From Parcubacteria bacterium C7867-004 (GTDB lineage Bacteria > Patescibacteriota > Minisyncoccia > Phycocordibacterales > Phycocordibacteraceae): a stretch of DNA of 64,000 bases. The position numbers and the translations under genes were made by a program. This document shows positions 10,262 to 19,354 of this stretch, in pieces. How positions within the stretch are numbered: position 1 is the first letter of the stretch; every line of letters begins with the position of its first letter. Location of the stretch: positions 169,384-233,383 of the forward strand of contig LFCN01000006.1 of NCBI GenBank assembly GCA_001189075.1. The letters run 5' to 3'. The notes below the pieces were generated by a model. That model was not told the DNA's origin. It was given only the letters and a program-made list of their open reading frames with translations, and made no database searches.

Positions 10262-10582
10262 ATGACCGTATCCCTCACGCGCAACCAAAAGATTCTAGCG
10301 GCACTCGGTGTGCTCATCATCGCGAGCATCGCGTATGTCGTGCTGCTGCGTCCCACCGCGTCCGATGAAACCATCCTCATCGAGGACGGAAGTGCGGCAA
10401 GCGCAACGCAGGGTGTTTTCATAGATCTTGCTGCTCAGCTCGAACCGCTCGAGTTCGAGACTGCTGTGCTAACCGACCCGAGGCTCCTCGGTCTTCAGGA
10501 CATACACACGTCCATAATTCCTGAAGCGCTCGGTCGCAATGACCCGTTTCAATCGTTTCTTGCTCCTACTAAAGCACGCTAG
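10262..10582 (+). CDS. Small membrane-anchored hypothetical protein in the pilus operon (PilP-like position)
   Basis: 106 aa with a single TM (ILAALGVLIIASIAYVVLL). No motif recognised. Confidence 0.35.
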   Translation: MTVSLTRNQKILAALGVLIIASIAYVVLLRPTASDETILIEDGSAASATQGVFIDLAAQLEPLEFETAVLTDPRLLGLQDIHTSIIPEALGRNDPFQSFLAPTKAR

Positions 10583-10584
10583 CT

Positions 10585-12339
10585 ATGGACCTCGTCGCGC
10601 TCCTTAGTGAAAAGGGCCTGCTATCGAAAGAGGATGCCGCTTCAATTACGGTTGATGCCGCGGTCGCGGGAGCGCAGATCGAGAGCCTGCTCGAGAAGAA
10701 GGGTGTCGATCTGGTAAAAGCATTCGCGCTCGTGAGCGAGAAGTACGGGATACCGTATCGCGCTCTTGCTACCAGCGAGATAGGAGACGAGCATACGCTC
10801 GGGTATATCCCTGAGGAATCCGCACGGCATTACGGGTTCGTGCCGATCGAAGTCGATAACGGCGCTCTGTCGGTCGGTATCATCGACCCGGACAACATCG
10901 AGGCTCTCGATGCGCTGCAATTCATCTCTTCGCGCGTCGGGATGCCGTACAAGCTTTTCATAATCAGCCAGACCGATTTCGATAAGGTTATCCAGGCGTA
11001 CGGCAATCTTACGGGCGAGGTGGGGGAGGCGCTCTCAGAGTTCGAGGGCTCAGATCCGAATGCAAAAGGAGCGGCAAAGCCCGGAGCGGAGGAGTCGGAA
11101 GAGACGGTTAGTCAGGAGATTAAGGCCGATGCGCCGGTTACGAAGATAGTCGCCACGATACTCCGGTATGCGGTGGAAGGTGGTGCCTCCGACATCCATA
11201 TCGAACCGACTCCGGAGAAGACCAAGGTCAGGTTCCGCATGGACGGCGAACTCCATACATCCCTCGAGCTTCCGGCGAAAGTTCACGCCGCGGTGGTAGC
11301 GCGTATCAAGATCCTTTCCCAGATGCGCCTCGATGAGAAGCGCAAGCCGCAGGACGGGCGCTTCTCTGCGACGGTGGAAGGAAGAAGGATCGACTTCCGC
11401 GTATCGACCTTCCCGACGCAGGGTGGCGAGAAGGTCGTGATGCGTATTCTCGATAGCGCGAAGTCGGTCGCGACTCTCGATACCATCGGCCTCTCGAAGG
11501 AAGACCTGATCACCGTGCGCGAGCTCATCAAAGAGCCCTACGGCATCATCCTTATCGCGGGACCGACCGGATCGGGTAAGTCGACGACGCTCTTCTCTAT
11601 GCTTTCGGAGCTCGATCGCGAGACGGCGAACGTCGTGTCGGTCGAGGATCCGGTCGAGTATGAGATACCCGGCGTCTCGCAGTCGCAGGTCAGGCCTGAG
11701 ATCGGGTATACGTTCGCTTCGGGACTGCGCTCTATTCTCCGTCAGGACCCGGACATCATCATGGTGGGAGAGATCCGTGATAAGGAGACCGCACAGCTGG
11801 CTATCCAAGCGGCGCTTACCGGTCACCTCGTGTTCTCGACCATTCACACCAATACCGCCGCCGGCGTCATCCCGCGTCTCGTCGATATGGGTGTTGATCC
11901 CTACCTCATCGCGCCGACGCTTAAGGCGGCGATCGGCCAGCGTCTCGTGCGTAAGCTCTGTCCGGGAGCAGGGAAGCCGTTCCCGATTTCGGAAAGCATA
12001 CGGAAGTTTCTCGAAGAGGATTTTGCCGATCTTCCGGAAGATGCTCGACATAAGGTACCTGAATTCAAAGAGTTCTATACCGCGAGTCCAACCGCCGACT
12101 GCCCGAACGGTACGCGCGGACGACTCGCAGTGTTCGAGCTCATGCGCATGGACGACGATCTGGAGCACGTAGTCCTCACCGACCCGGTTGAGGAAAAGGT
12201 GTATGCAGCAGCGCGCACTAAAGGCATGTTCACGATGCGCGAGGATGCTATCATGAAGGCACTAGCTGGTCTCATACCGTTTGAAGAGGTAAACACGCTC
12301 GGAGGCCAGATGTTTACCGATGAAGAGAACGCAGGGTAA
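10585..12339 (+). CDS. pilB: Type IV pilus assembly ATPase PilB (GspE family)
   Basis: N-terminal GSPII-like domain, Walker A LIAGPTGSGKSTTL, Asp/His boxes, and a tetracysteine-like region reduced to CPGAG…CPNG. Confidence 0.9.
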   Translation: MDLVALLSEKGLLSKEDAASITVDAAVAGAQIESLLEKKGVDLVKAFALVSEKYGIPYRALATSEIGDEHTLGYIPEESARHYGFVPIEVDNGALSVGIIDPDNIEALDALQFISSRVGMPYKLFIISQTDFDKVIQAYGNLTGEVGEALSEFEGSDPNAKGAAKPGAEESEETVSQEIKADAPVTKIVATILRYAVEGGASDIHIEPTPEKTKVRFRMDGELHTSLELPAKVHAAVVARIKILSQMRLDEKRKPQDGRFSATVEGRRIDFRVSTFPTQGGEKVVMRILDSAKSVATLDTIGLSKEDLITVRELIKEPYGIILIAGPTGSGKSTTLFSMLSELDRETANVVSVEDPVEYEIPGVSQSQVRPEIGYTFASGLRSILRQDPDIIMVGEIRDKETAQLAIQAALTGHLVFSTIHTNTAAGVIPRLVDMGVDPYLIAPTLKAAIGQRLVRKLCPGAGKPFPISESIRKFLEEDFADLPEDARHKVPEFKEFYTASPTADCPNGTRGRLAVFELMRMDDDLEHVVLTDPVEEKVYAAARTKGMFTMREDAIMKALAGLIPFEEVNTLGGQMFTDEENAG

Positions 12340-12354
12340 TCAGCCATACTTTTT

Positions 12355-12741
12355 ATGAACAAGATATATCGCCTCTATCTGGTCGACGACGACCGCTTCC
12401 TCCTCGACATGTACGCGGTTAAGTTCAAGGCTGCCGGCCATGAGGTAACCGCATTCTCGGGTGGCGAAGAGGTGCTCAAGGCACTCCGCGAGAGCCCAGC
12501 TCCCGATGCGCTCTTACTCGATATCGTCATGCCGGGCATCGATGGGTTCGGCGTGCTCGAAGCAATACACGCAGAGAAACTTGCGCCTTCCGCGAAGCTC
12601 ATCGTGCTCTCGAACCAGGGCCAGGAGAGTGATATCACCCGGGCTAAGGAGCTCGGTGCGGTCGGCTATATCATCAAGGCGTCCGCCATACCTTCGGAGG
12701 TATTCTCGGAGACCATAGCCATTATCGAGAAACCCGCATGA
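12355..12741 (+). CDS. Single-domain CheY-like response regulator (PilH/PilG-like)
   Basis: Receiver residues LVDDD…LLDIVMPGIDG…LSN. No output domain. Confidence 0.7.
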   Translation: MNKIYRLYLVDDDRFLLDMYAVKFKAAGHEVTAFSGGEEVLKALRESPAPDALLLDIVMPGIDGFGVLEAIHAEKLAPSAKLIVLSNQGQESDITRAKELGAVGYIIKASAIPSEVFSETIAIIEKPA

Positions 12742-13805
12742 GTGCATCCGCAACAAGCAGACTCGACGCTTTACTCGACGCGGTCGTAGCGGAGGGAGCG
12801 TCCGACATCCATCTTTCTGCGGGCGCCAGCCCGATGCTTCGCATCGCCGGCTCCTTGGTGCCGCTGCTGCAGCAAGCACCACTCACCTCGGAAGAGACCA
12901 TGGCGATCCTGAAAAGTATCGCACCCGAGTCCCGCTGGCAGTCGTTTATCGACAATCAGTCAATAGACTTCTCGCTCGCGCATACGCCGAAGGTTAGGTT
13001 CCGCGTGAACGGCTATACCGTGCAAGGCAGCGTCGCTATCGCGATGCGTCTCATTCCGAACGAGATCCAGAGCTTCGAGAAGCTAAATCTGCCACCGATA
13101 CTCGAGGTATTCAGCCAGCGCTCGCACGGCTTTTTCCTCGTGGTGGGTCCGGTGGGTCAGGGAAAGTCGACCACGCTCGCGGCGATCCTCGACCGTATCA
13201 ATCAGACGCGCTCCGAGCATATCCTTACCATTGAGGATCCTATCGAGTACCTCTTCGAAGCGAAGCAGTCGCTCATCCATCAGCGCGAGGTGCACATCGA
13301 TGCGCCGGACTTCCAGTCAGCGCTCCAGTCCGCGTTCCGCGAGGACGTGAACGTGATCATGGTGGGTGAGATGCGTAACCAAGAGACGATCTCCAGCGCC
13401 GTTACCGCCGCAGAGACGGGCCACCTCGTGCTTTCAACGCTTCACACCAACAACGCTGCGCAGACTATCGACCGTATCATCGACATGTTCCCGTCGAACC
13501 AGCAGGATCAGGTACGCGTGCAGCTCGCCGGTTCGCTCTCCGGCATCTTTTCGCAGCGCCTCGTACCGCGCATTTCAGGTGGACAGCTTCCGGCATACGA
13601 ACTGCTCATCAACAACAGCGCTATAGCGAACCTCATCCGTGAAGGCCGGACCCACGAGATAGCGACGGTTATCCAGACAAGTTCCCAGGAGGGCATGATC
13701 GACATGGACCGTTCGCTCGCGGAACTGGTCCGTCGCGGGGAGGTGACCATCGAGCACGCGTACGAGCGCGCGAACGATCCAAAGACCTTCGAACGGTACC
13801 TCTAA
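12738..13805 (+). CDS. pilT: Twitching motility (pilus retraction) ATPase PilT
   Basis: Walker A GPVGQGKSTTLAAIL. PilT-length ORF with the typical AIRNLIREG-like segment (IANLIREGRTHEI). Confidence 0.9.
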   Translation: MSASATSRLDALLDAVVAEGASDIHLSAGASPMLRIAGSLVPLLQQAPLTSEETMAILKSIAPESRWQSFIDNQSIDFSLAHTPKVRFRVNGYTVQGSVAIAMRLIPNEIQSFEKLNLPPILEVFSQRSHGFFLVVGPVGQGKSTTLAAILDRINQTRSEHILTIEDPIEYLFEAKQSLIHQREVHIDAPDFQSALQSAFREDVNVIMVGEMRNQETISSAVTAAETGHLVLSTLHTNNAAQTIDRIIDMFPSNQQDQVRVQLAGSLSGIFSQRLVPRISGGQLPAYELLINNSAIANLIREGRTHEIATVIQTSSQEGMIDMDRSLAELVRRGEVTIEHAYERANDPKTFERYL

Positions 13806-13808
13806 CCT

Positions 13809-15017
13809 ATGCTTTTCAATTACCACGCACTGGATACGGACGGGCACGAGCGTAACGGCACGGTCGAGGCGCTCTCCGTCGATATCGCCGTCTCGACGCT
13901 CCAGCGTCGGAATCTCATCGTCTCCTCTATAGAACCGGTAGCGAACAAGTCGATGTTCGCGCTCGATCTTACGTTCCTTAAGCGGGTCTCGAACAAGGAG
14001 GTAGTCATCCTTTCGCGCCAGATTGCGACGCTCTTCGAGGCGCAGGTTTCAGCGCTCCGCATATTCCGTCTGCTAGCGGCCGAGTCGGACAACAAGCATC
14101 TCGCCGAGATCATGACCCAAGTCGCCGACGATCTGCAGGGCGGAAGCCCGATCAGCCGCGCGCTCGGCAGGCACCCGAAGGTGTTCACTAGCTTCTATGT
14201 GAACATGGTGCGCTCTGGAGAGGAGTCCGGAAAGCTCTCTGAGACGTTCGGCTACCTTGCCGATTATCTCGATCGCACCTACGAGGTGGTAACCAAGGCG
14301 CAAAACGCGCTCATCTACCCGGCGTTCGTCATCGGGGTGTTCGTCATCGTGATGGGGCTCATGCTCACGCTCGTGATCCCGCGTATCAGCGCCATCCTCA
14401 AGGATTCGGGTCAGCCGATACCGCCGTATACGCAGGTGGTCATCCTCCTGTCCGATCTCCTCGTCCAGTACGGGTTGTTCATACTCATCGGTATGGCTAT
14501 CGCCGCGTTCGCTGCCTTCCGTTCGCTTAAGACGCCGTCCGGAAAGCTCTTCTTTGATGCCATAAAGCTCCAGTTCCCGTATGTCGGTGATCTCTATCAG
14601 AAGCTGTATCTCTCTCGCATCGCTGACAACTTCGCGACCATGCTCGTCTCGGGCGTTCCGGTCGTTGAAGCCATGGAGATAACGGCGTCGGTGGTGGGCA
14701 GTACCACGTACGAGAACATCCTTAAGGATGTGGGCGAGCAGGTCCGGGGAGGATCCTCGATATCTGATGCGCTCGCACGCCATGTGGAGATACCGGGCAT
14801 TATGACCGCCATGGTGCGTGTGGGTGAGGAGACAGGAGAGCTGGGGAACATTCTCAATACGCTCGCTAAGTTCTATCAGCGAGAAGTGTCGACGGCGGTT
14901 GATACGCTCGTGGACCTCATCGAACCACTTATGATCGTGCTTCTCGGACTCGGGGTGGGTACGCTGCTCGCGTCCGTGATGATCCCTATCTACAACCTCG
15001 CCGGTTCAATCGGATAA
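13809..15017 (+). CDS. pilC: Type IV pilus inner-membrane platform protein PilC (GspF family)
   Basis: Duplicated T2SSF-like domains with three TM segments. Confidence 0.85.
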   Translation: MLFNYHALDTDGHERNGTVEALSVDIAVSTLQRRNLIVSSIEPVANKSMFALDLTFLKRVSNKEVVILSRQIATLFEAQVSALRIFRLLAAESDNKHLAEIMTQVADDLQGGSPISRALGRHPKVFTSFYVNMVRSGEESGKLSETFGYLADYLDRTYEVVTKAQNALIYPAFVIGVFVIVMGLMLTLVIPRISAILKDSGQPIPPYTQVVILLSDLLVQYGLFILIGMAIAAFAAFRSLKTPSGKLFFDAIKLQFPYVGDLYQKLYLSRIADNFATMLVSGVPVVEAMEITASVVGSTTYENILKDVGEQVRGGSSISDALARHVEIPGIMTAMVRVGEETGELGNILNTLAKFYQREVSTAVDTLVDLIEPLMIVLLGLGVGTLLASVMIPIYNLAGSIG

Positions 15018-15083
15018 CCGCTCGGGCTCCAGCTTTCCTTCATGTTATCCACAGCCGGTATATATTCTTTGCCCTCTACCGCC

Positions 15084-15089
15084 TAGAAT
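15084..15089 (+). promoter_or_regulatory. Conserved TAGAAT -10-like box upstream of pilin gene 1
   Basis: The same hexamer recurs 44-57 nt upstream of each of the three pilin starts. Confidence 0.35.
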
Positions 15090-15145
15090 AAGGGGAGCGG
15101 ATACTTTACTTATAAGCCGCGGCACTTAACCTCACTATTATCTTT

Positions 15146-15538
15146 ATGAATCTCGGACACCTCAGCATGCGACGCGGCTTCACGCTCATCGAGCTCCTCG
15201 TCGTTATCGCTATCATCGGCATCCTCTCGTCGGTTGTGCTCGCACAGGCTGAAATCCTGTACGATACTGCTGGAAACTATGACAGCGTCTGTATTGACAC
15301 TGCCGGCGTTGTGAAGCAGCTTACTGCAGCATACGCCGCAGCAGGCGTAACATACGCGCTTACGTGCTATGACTCTGCAACTGCATGGGCAGCTGCAGCC
15401 CCTCTTAAGGGAGGAGGCGCATTCTGCGTCGATAGCACCGGAGTAGCACGATCGGTCACGGCAGCTAACGCTAACTACGTCGGAGTCACCGGTGTAGCTC
15501 CTGCAGCACTCGTATCTGCAGCAACGGCTTGTAACTAA
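15146..15538 (+). CDS. pilA: Type IV major pilin, copy 1
   Basis: Class III signal MNLGHLSMRRG|FTLIELLVVIAIIGILSSVVLA with Glu+5. C-terminal Cys pair (C…C) consistent with a disulfide loop. Confidence 0.8.
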   Translation: MNLGHLSMRRGFTLIELLVVIAIIGILSSVVLAQAEILYDTAGNYDSVCIDTAGVVKQLTAAYAAAGVTYALTCYDSATAWAAAAPLKGGGAFCVDSTGVARSVTAANANYVGVTGVAPAALVSAATACN

Positions 15539-15557
15539 TACTCTTAGTTGCAAACAC

Positions 15558-15588
15558 GAAAGCGGCCCTCCGGGGCCGCTTTTCGTAT
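15558..15588 (+). terminator. Rho-independent terminator after pilin 1
   Basis: aaagcggccc-tccg-gggccgcttttcg. Confidence 0.5.
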
Positions 15589-15622
15589 CCACATGCTCTT
15601 CATTGTCTGTTCACGCATGCGG

Positions 15623-15628
15623 TAGAAT
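15623..15628 (+). promoter_or_regulatory. TAGAAT -10-like box upstream of pilin copy 2
   Basis: tgcggtagaatg lies 52 nt upstream of ATG 15680. Confidence 0.35.
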
Positions 15629-15679
15629 GAAACCAAGGCATTTAAGACGCCGCAACAAATCACTTACTCTTATCATTCT

Positions 15680-16121
15680 ATGAATCTCGGACACCTCAGC
15701 ATGCGACGCGGCTTCACGCTCATCGAGCTCCTCGTCGTTATCGCTATCATCGGCATCCTCTCGTCGGTTGTGCTCGCCGGTTAGATCGAATATGGCGAGC
15801 GTTAGGCAGCAGGCGGAGTTAGTCTTCGACTCGAACAATTACAGCTACTTGGCGCCGACGAGCGTTTGCGCCGACACTACCATTGTTCGTCAGCTAACAG
15901 CTGCATACGCAGCGGCAGGCGTAACCTACACGCTTACGTGCGGAGCATCTGCGAGCGCGTGGGCAGCTGCAGCCCCTCTTAAGGGAGGAGGTGCATTCTG
16001 CGTCGATAGCACCGGAGCCGCAAAGACTACACAGGGTGTAGGTTCAACTGCGTACACCGCTGTTTCTGGTGCTGCTACTGCAGCGCTCACCACTGCCACA
16101 ACGGACTACGACTGCAACTAG
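15680..16121 (+). pseudogene. Type IV pilin paralog, copy 2, interrupted by a roughly 29-nt insertion carrying two in-frame TAG codons
   Basis: The N-terminal 34 codons are identical to copy 1 (MNLGHLSMRRGFTLIELLVVIAIIGILSSVVLA) and then hit TAG at 15782. The homologous downstream part (QQAELVFDSNNYSY…AAAPLKGGGAFCVDSTG…DYDCN) continues in another frame (15768..16121) with an internal ATG at 15792. Confidence 0.5.
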
Positions 16122-16144
16122 TCTTTCTTCTCCTCAATACGACA

Positions 16145-16173
16145 AGCGGTCCTGTATGGGCCGCTTTTCGTAT
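16145..16173 (+). terminator. Rho-independent terminator after pilin copy 2
   Basis: aagcggtcc-tgtat-gggccgcttttcg, with the same downstream cgtatccaca as after copy 1. Confidence 0.5.
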
Positions 16174-16207
16174 CCACACATAACAGACCCAAGCTGTCGG
16201 GGTAGGG

Positions 16208-16213
16208 TAGAAT
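16208..16213 (+). promoter_or_regulatory. TAGAAT -10-like box upstream of pilin copy 3
   Basis: gggtagaatg lies 44 nt upstream of ATG 16257. Confidence 0.35.
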
Positions 16214-16256
16214 GTACGTACGGTACCCACATCCTCACTAATTTCCTTACTCACCT

Positions 16257-16766
16257 ATGAATCTCCGGCATAAGGGTTTTACGCTCATCGAGCTCCTCGT
16301 CGTTATCGCTATCATCGGCATCCTCTCGTCGGTTGTGCTCGCTTCGCTTAACACCGCGCGAACGAAAGCGACCGATTCCTCGATAAAGTCGAACCTGAAC
16401 GGATTGCGCTCGCAGGCTGATATCTTCTACGACACGCGCAACTATTCTTACGCAGGAGGTACGGGAGTGGTCTCAACGGCAGCGACGTGCCTTGCTTCTG
16501 CATTCACAAACACGGCTACGAACTATACCCTCATGGGCGATAGCGTGTTCTTTGCCGGTATGAGTGCGGCACGAACTGCGAGCGGCGGGTTGTGCTACTA
16601 CCTCAACAATGCGAATAACTGGGCTCTTATCATTCAGCTGAAGGGTGATCTGACCAAGGCATGGTGCATAGACAGTTCAGGTAATGCGAAGCAGACGGCG
16701 GACGGAGCCGCGTATACCGGAACGACTATCGCGGGAGATATTTCAGGCGCAGTGTGCGGAACATAA
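16257..16766 (+). CDS. Type IV pilin, copy 3
   Basis: MNLRHKG|FTLIELLVVIAIIGILSSVVLASLNTARTKA classic prepilin N-terminus. The variable C-terminal domain contains Cys residues. Confidence 0.8.
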   Translation: MNLRHKGFTLIELLVVIAIIGILSSVVLASLNTARTKATDSSIKSNLNGLRSQADIFYDTRNYSYAGGTGVVSTAATCLASAFTNTATNYTLMGDSVFFAGMSAARTASGGLCYYLNNANNWALIIQLKGDLTKAWCIDSSGNAKQTADGAAYTGTTIAGDISGAVCGT

Positions 16767-16834
16767 ATGAGATTGATTAGTGCTGCGGCAACTGGCTCTC
16801 CAAGGGGAGCCAGTTGCGCGTTATACTGGTACGA

Positions 16835-17596
16835 ATGGATCCGCTCATGTATCTCATCGCCGGCGCGTTTGCAGTGCTCGGGGCAGTACTCGCGAGCTTC
16901 GTGGGGGTGGTGAGTGAGCGGGCGTACACCGGAACCTCCTGGGCGATCGGACGATCGAAGTGTGACTCGTGCGGAACGTTTCTAGAAGGGCTCGATCTTG
17001 TCCCGGTACTGTCGTGGCTCCTATCACTCGGGCGCTGTCGCCATTGCGCCGCTCGCGTGACGGCGGTGCATGCACTTTCGGAAGCTGTTCTCGGCGCATT
17101 GTTCGCACTCTCATACCTAACGCTTGGTCTTACGCTTCCTCTCCTCGCATTTCTCGCGGCACTCCTCGTCCTTACCTTCATCGTGCTCTATGATCTGCGA
17201 CATACTATCGTTCCGCCGCTCGCGTCAGGCCTGCTTATTCTGTTGTCGGTATTCTTTGCGGCCCTTACGAGCGAGAGCGTGGAGCGTTTCGGCCTCACGC
17301 TCCTCATTGCGGGCGTAATCGGTCTGGGCTTCTTTCTGCTGTTCGCGGGTTCCGGTGGCCGAGCTATGGGTCTGGGGGACAGTCCCGTTGCGCTCGCTCT
17401 CTCACTCCTCGTTGGAGGCGTCCTTGCGGTGTCCGGACTCCTGTTCTCGTTCTGGATCGGCGCGCTTGTAGGCGTTCTTATATTGGTTAGGCACCCGAAA
17501 GGGCATAGAATGGGTATCGAGGTGCCCTTCGTTCCGTTTCTCGCAGCGGGATATCTGCTCGCCTTCTTCACTCAATGGAACTTCCTCTCTTTCTAA
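16835..17596 (+). CDS. pilD: Prepilin peptidase PilD (A24 family) with N-terminal Zn-binding CxxC…CxxC
   Basis: CDSCGTFL…GRCRHCAARV tetracysteine motif and a multi-TM body with the active-site Asp context (DLRHTIVP…GLGDSPVA). The track ORF begins at 16814; ATG 16835 is preferred. Confidence 0.85.
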   Translation: MDPLMYLIAGAFAVLGAVLASFVGVVSERAYTGTSWAIGRSKCDSCGTFLEGLDLVPVLSWLLSLGRCRHCAARVTAVHALSEAVLGALFALSYLTLGLTLPLLAFLAALLVLTFIVLYDLRHTIVPPLASGLLILLSVFFAALTSESVERFGLTLLIAGVIGLGFFLLFAGSGGRAMGLGDSPVALALSLLVGGVLAVSGLLFSFWIGALVGVLILVRHPKGHRMGIEVPFVPFLAAGYLLAFFTQWNFLSF

Positions 17597-18258
17597 GATC
17601 TCTCAAAAGGCCGCAACGAGGCTTCACGCTCGTGGAGATGATCGTTGTTCTAATTATCATCACCACCATAACCAGCATCGTGCTCCTGGGTCAGAACACC
17701 TTCAATCGCTCTCTGGTGCTCACCGATACAGCCTACACGCTCGCATTCTCCATTCGTGAAGCGCAGTCGCGCGGGCTTTCGAGCAAGCTGTTCGGTTCAA
17801 TACAGAATGTGGGTTATGGCATACATCTGACTTCAGCAACACCGAAGTCCTACATCGTGTTCGCCGACATATCCCCATCCTCGCCGAGCACGCTCGGCGG
17901 GCTCTGTCCGAACCACACCGTTTCGTCAGGACCGGAAGCTAAGCGCGGGAACTGCGTCTATACGGATTCGGGAGAGGTTTTAAAAACCTACACCCTTGAA
18001 AAGGGTTTCAATATAAGTAATTTCTGCGGGCTCGAGCCGAGCAACGTCAATCGATGCTCCGGGTACCTGAGCGCACTTGATGTATCCTTCACGCGCCCTA
18101 ACACGCAAGCGACCATAATCGGTATCACGTCAGGATCGTCGTATATCGAGCTGACCACCGCGGCAATTACCCTTACGTCTCCGGACGGCACGAGCCATCG
18201 CTGCATTGCGGTATCGAAGGTCGGCGTGGTGTCGGTAGCGACCGGAGCCTGCCCATGA
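17575..18258 (+). CDS. Minor (pseudo)pilin
   Basis: Prepilin motif KRPQRG|FTLVEMIVVLIIITTI. Overlaps the pilD end by 22 nt. Confidence 0.65.
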   Translation: MELPLFLRSLKRPQRGFTLVEMIVVLIIITTITSIVLLGQNTFNRSLVLTDTAYTLAFSIREAQSRGLSSKLFGSIQNVGYGIHLTSATPKSYIVFADISPSSPSTLGGLCPNHTVSSGPEAKRGNCVYTDSGEVLKTYTLEKGFNISNFCGLEPSNVNRCSGYLSALDVSFTRPNTQATIIGITSGSSYIELTTAAITLTSPDGTSHRCIAVSKVGVVSVATGACP

Positions 18259-18788
18259 GTATGAACCGCAACCATCAAGGCTATACGCTTCTTGAACTCA
18301 TCGTCTCGGTAGGTATCTTCAGCATGGTGATGCTTATCGTTACGGGCGCGTACCTTGCCCTCATTAGCCTCGACCGGAAGGCGCGGGCCGTGAACGATCT
18401 CTCCTCAAACTTCTCTTTCGCTCTCGATGGCATGACCCGTTCGATACGCACCGGCAAGAACTTTGCGTGCGTGGGCGGGGGAGACGGCACGTGCTCGCAG
18501 ATGTCGTTTCGGGATCCGGACAATAATACGGTGACGTATCTGCTGAAGACGAGCGGCAGTATCGGCCAGTGCACGTCCGGAGTGTGCTCTGATACGTCGG
18601 CGGTAGCGCTTACCGATCCGAGGATACGCATCGATGCGCTCACGTTCTATATACGCGGCTCATCTATTTCGGATGAAGTGCAGCCGCAGGTGATCATCAC
18701 CATCCGCGGGAATATCCTCACCGAAGTGGGTAAGCAGACCAATTTCGCGGTCCAGGCTGCGGCGACCCAGCGCCTTATCGACATATGA
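18255..18788 (+). CDS. Minor (pseudo)pilin
   Basis: NHQG|YTLLELIVSVGIFSMVMLIV prepilin N-terminus. Confidence 0.65.
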   Translation: MSMNRNHQGYTLLELIVSVGIFSMVMLIVTGAYLALISLDRKARAVNDLSSNFSFALDGMTRSIRTGKNFACVGGGDGTCSQMSFRDPDNNTVTYLLKTSGSIGQCTSGVCSDTSAVALTDPRIRIDALTFYIRGSSISDEVQPQVIITIRGNILTEVGKQTNFAVQAAATQRLIDI

Positions 18789-19354
18789 TCATGAATACCC
18801 CGAAAGGCTTTACGCTCGTGGAGACGCTCGTCGCGTTGTCCCTCATCACAATAGCGATGATCGGCCCGTTCCAGTCGGTTGAAAATGCGCTCGCAGCATC
18901 CTATGTCGCGCGTGATCAGATCATCGCAACGAACCTCGCGCAGGAGGGTATTGAGTACGTACGAAGCGTCCGTGATGCCAACTATCTCTATAAGCTCAAT
19001 CACACCACCACGACCCGTACCTGGCTCTATGGGCTTGATGGAACTGATGCTAGTGGAGGAGCGGGTGGCGGAGTGAACTGCATAAGTTCTGACGGCTGCG
19101 TCGTCGATCCGACTCAGAACACGATCGCTGCATGCCCTGCCGGCGTCTGTCCGCCGCTCAGGCTCTCGACCGTGACCTATGTCTATAACCAGTCATCGGT
19201 GACTCCGACCAATCCGGTCACCATATTCACGCGCAAGGTCGTGCTAACCTCGACTGCCGCACACGAGAAGAAGATAACAGTGACCGTGAACTGGATAACT
19301 CGAGGAAAGCCCTATAGCGTAACGGTATCGGAAAGCATCTATAATTGGCTATGA
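18785..19354 (+). CDS. Minor (pseudo)pilin
   Basis: NTPKG|FTLVETLVALSLITIAMIG prepilin N-terminus. Confidence 0.65.
   Translation: MIMNTPKGFTLVETLVALSLITIAMIGPFQSVENALAASYVARDQIIATNLAQEGIEYVRSVRDANYLYKLNHTTTTRTWLYGLDGTDASGGAGGGVNCISSDGCVVDPTQNTIAACPAGVCPPLRLSTVTYVYNQSSVTPTNPVTIFTRKVVLTSTAAHEKKITVTVNWITRGKPYSVTVSESIYNWL

Noticed and set aside
11050-12168. 372-aa minus-strand ORF inside pilB
   Set aside because: Arg-rich antisense translation of a GC-rich gene. pilB on the plus strand has unambiguous Walker motifs.
15782-15806. Programmed recoding or stop-codon readthrough in pilin copy 2
   Set aside because: There are two TAG codons plus a frame change within a 29-nt insert. A simple disrupting insertion or pseudogene, or an assembly error, is more parsimonious.
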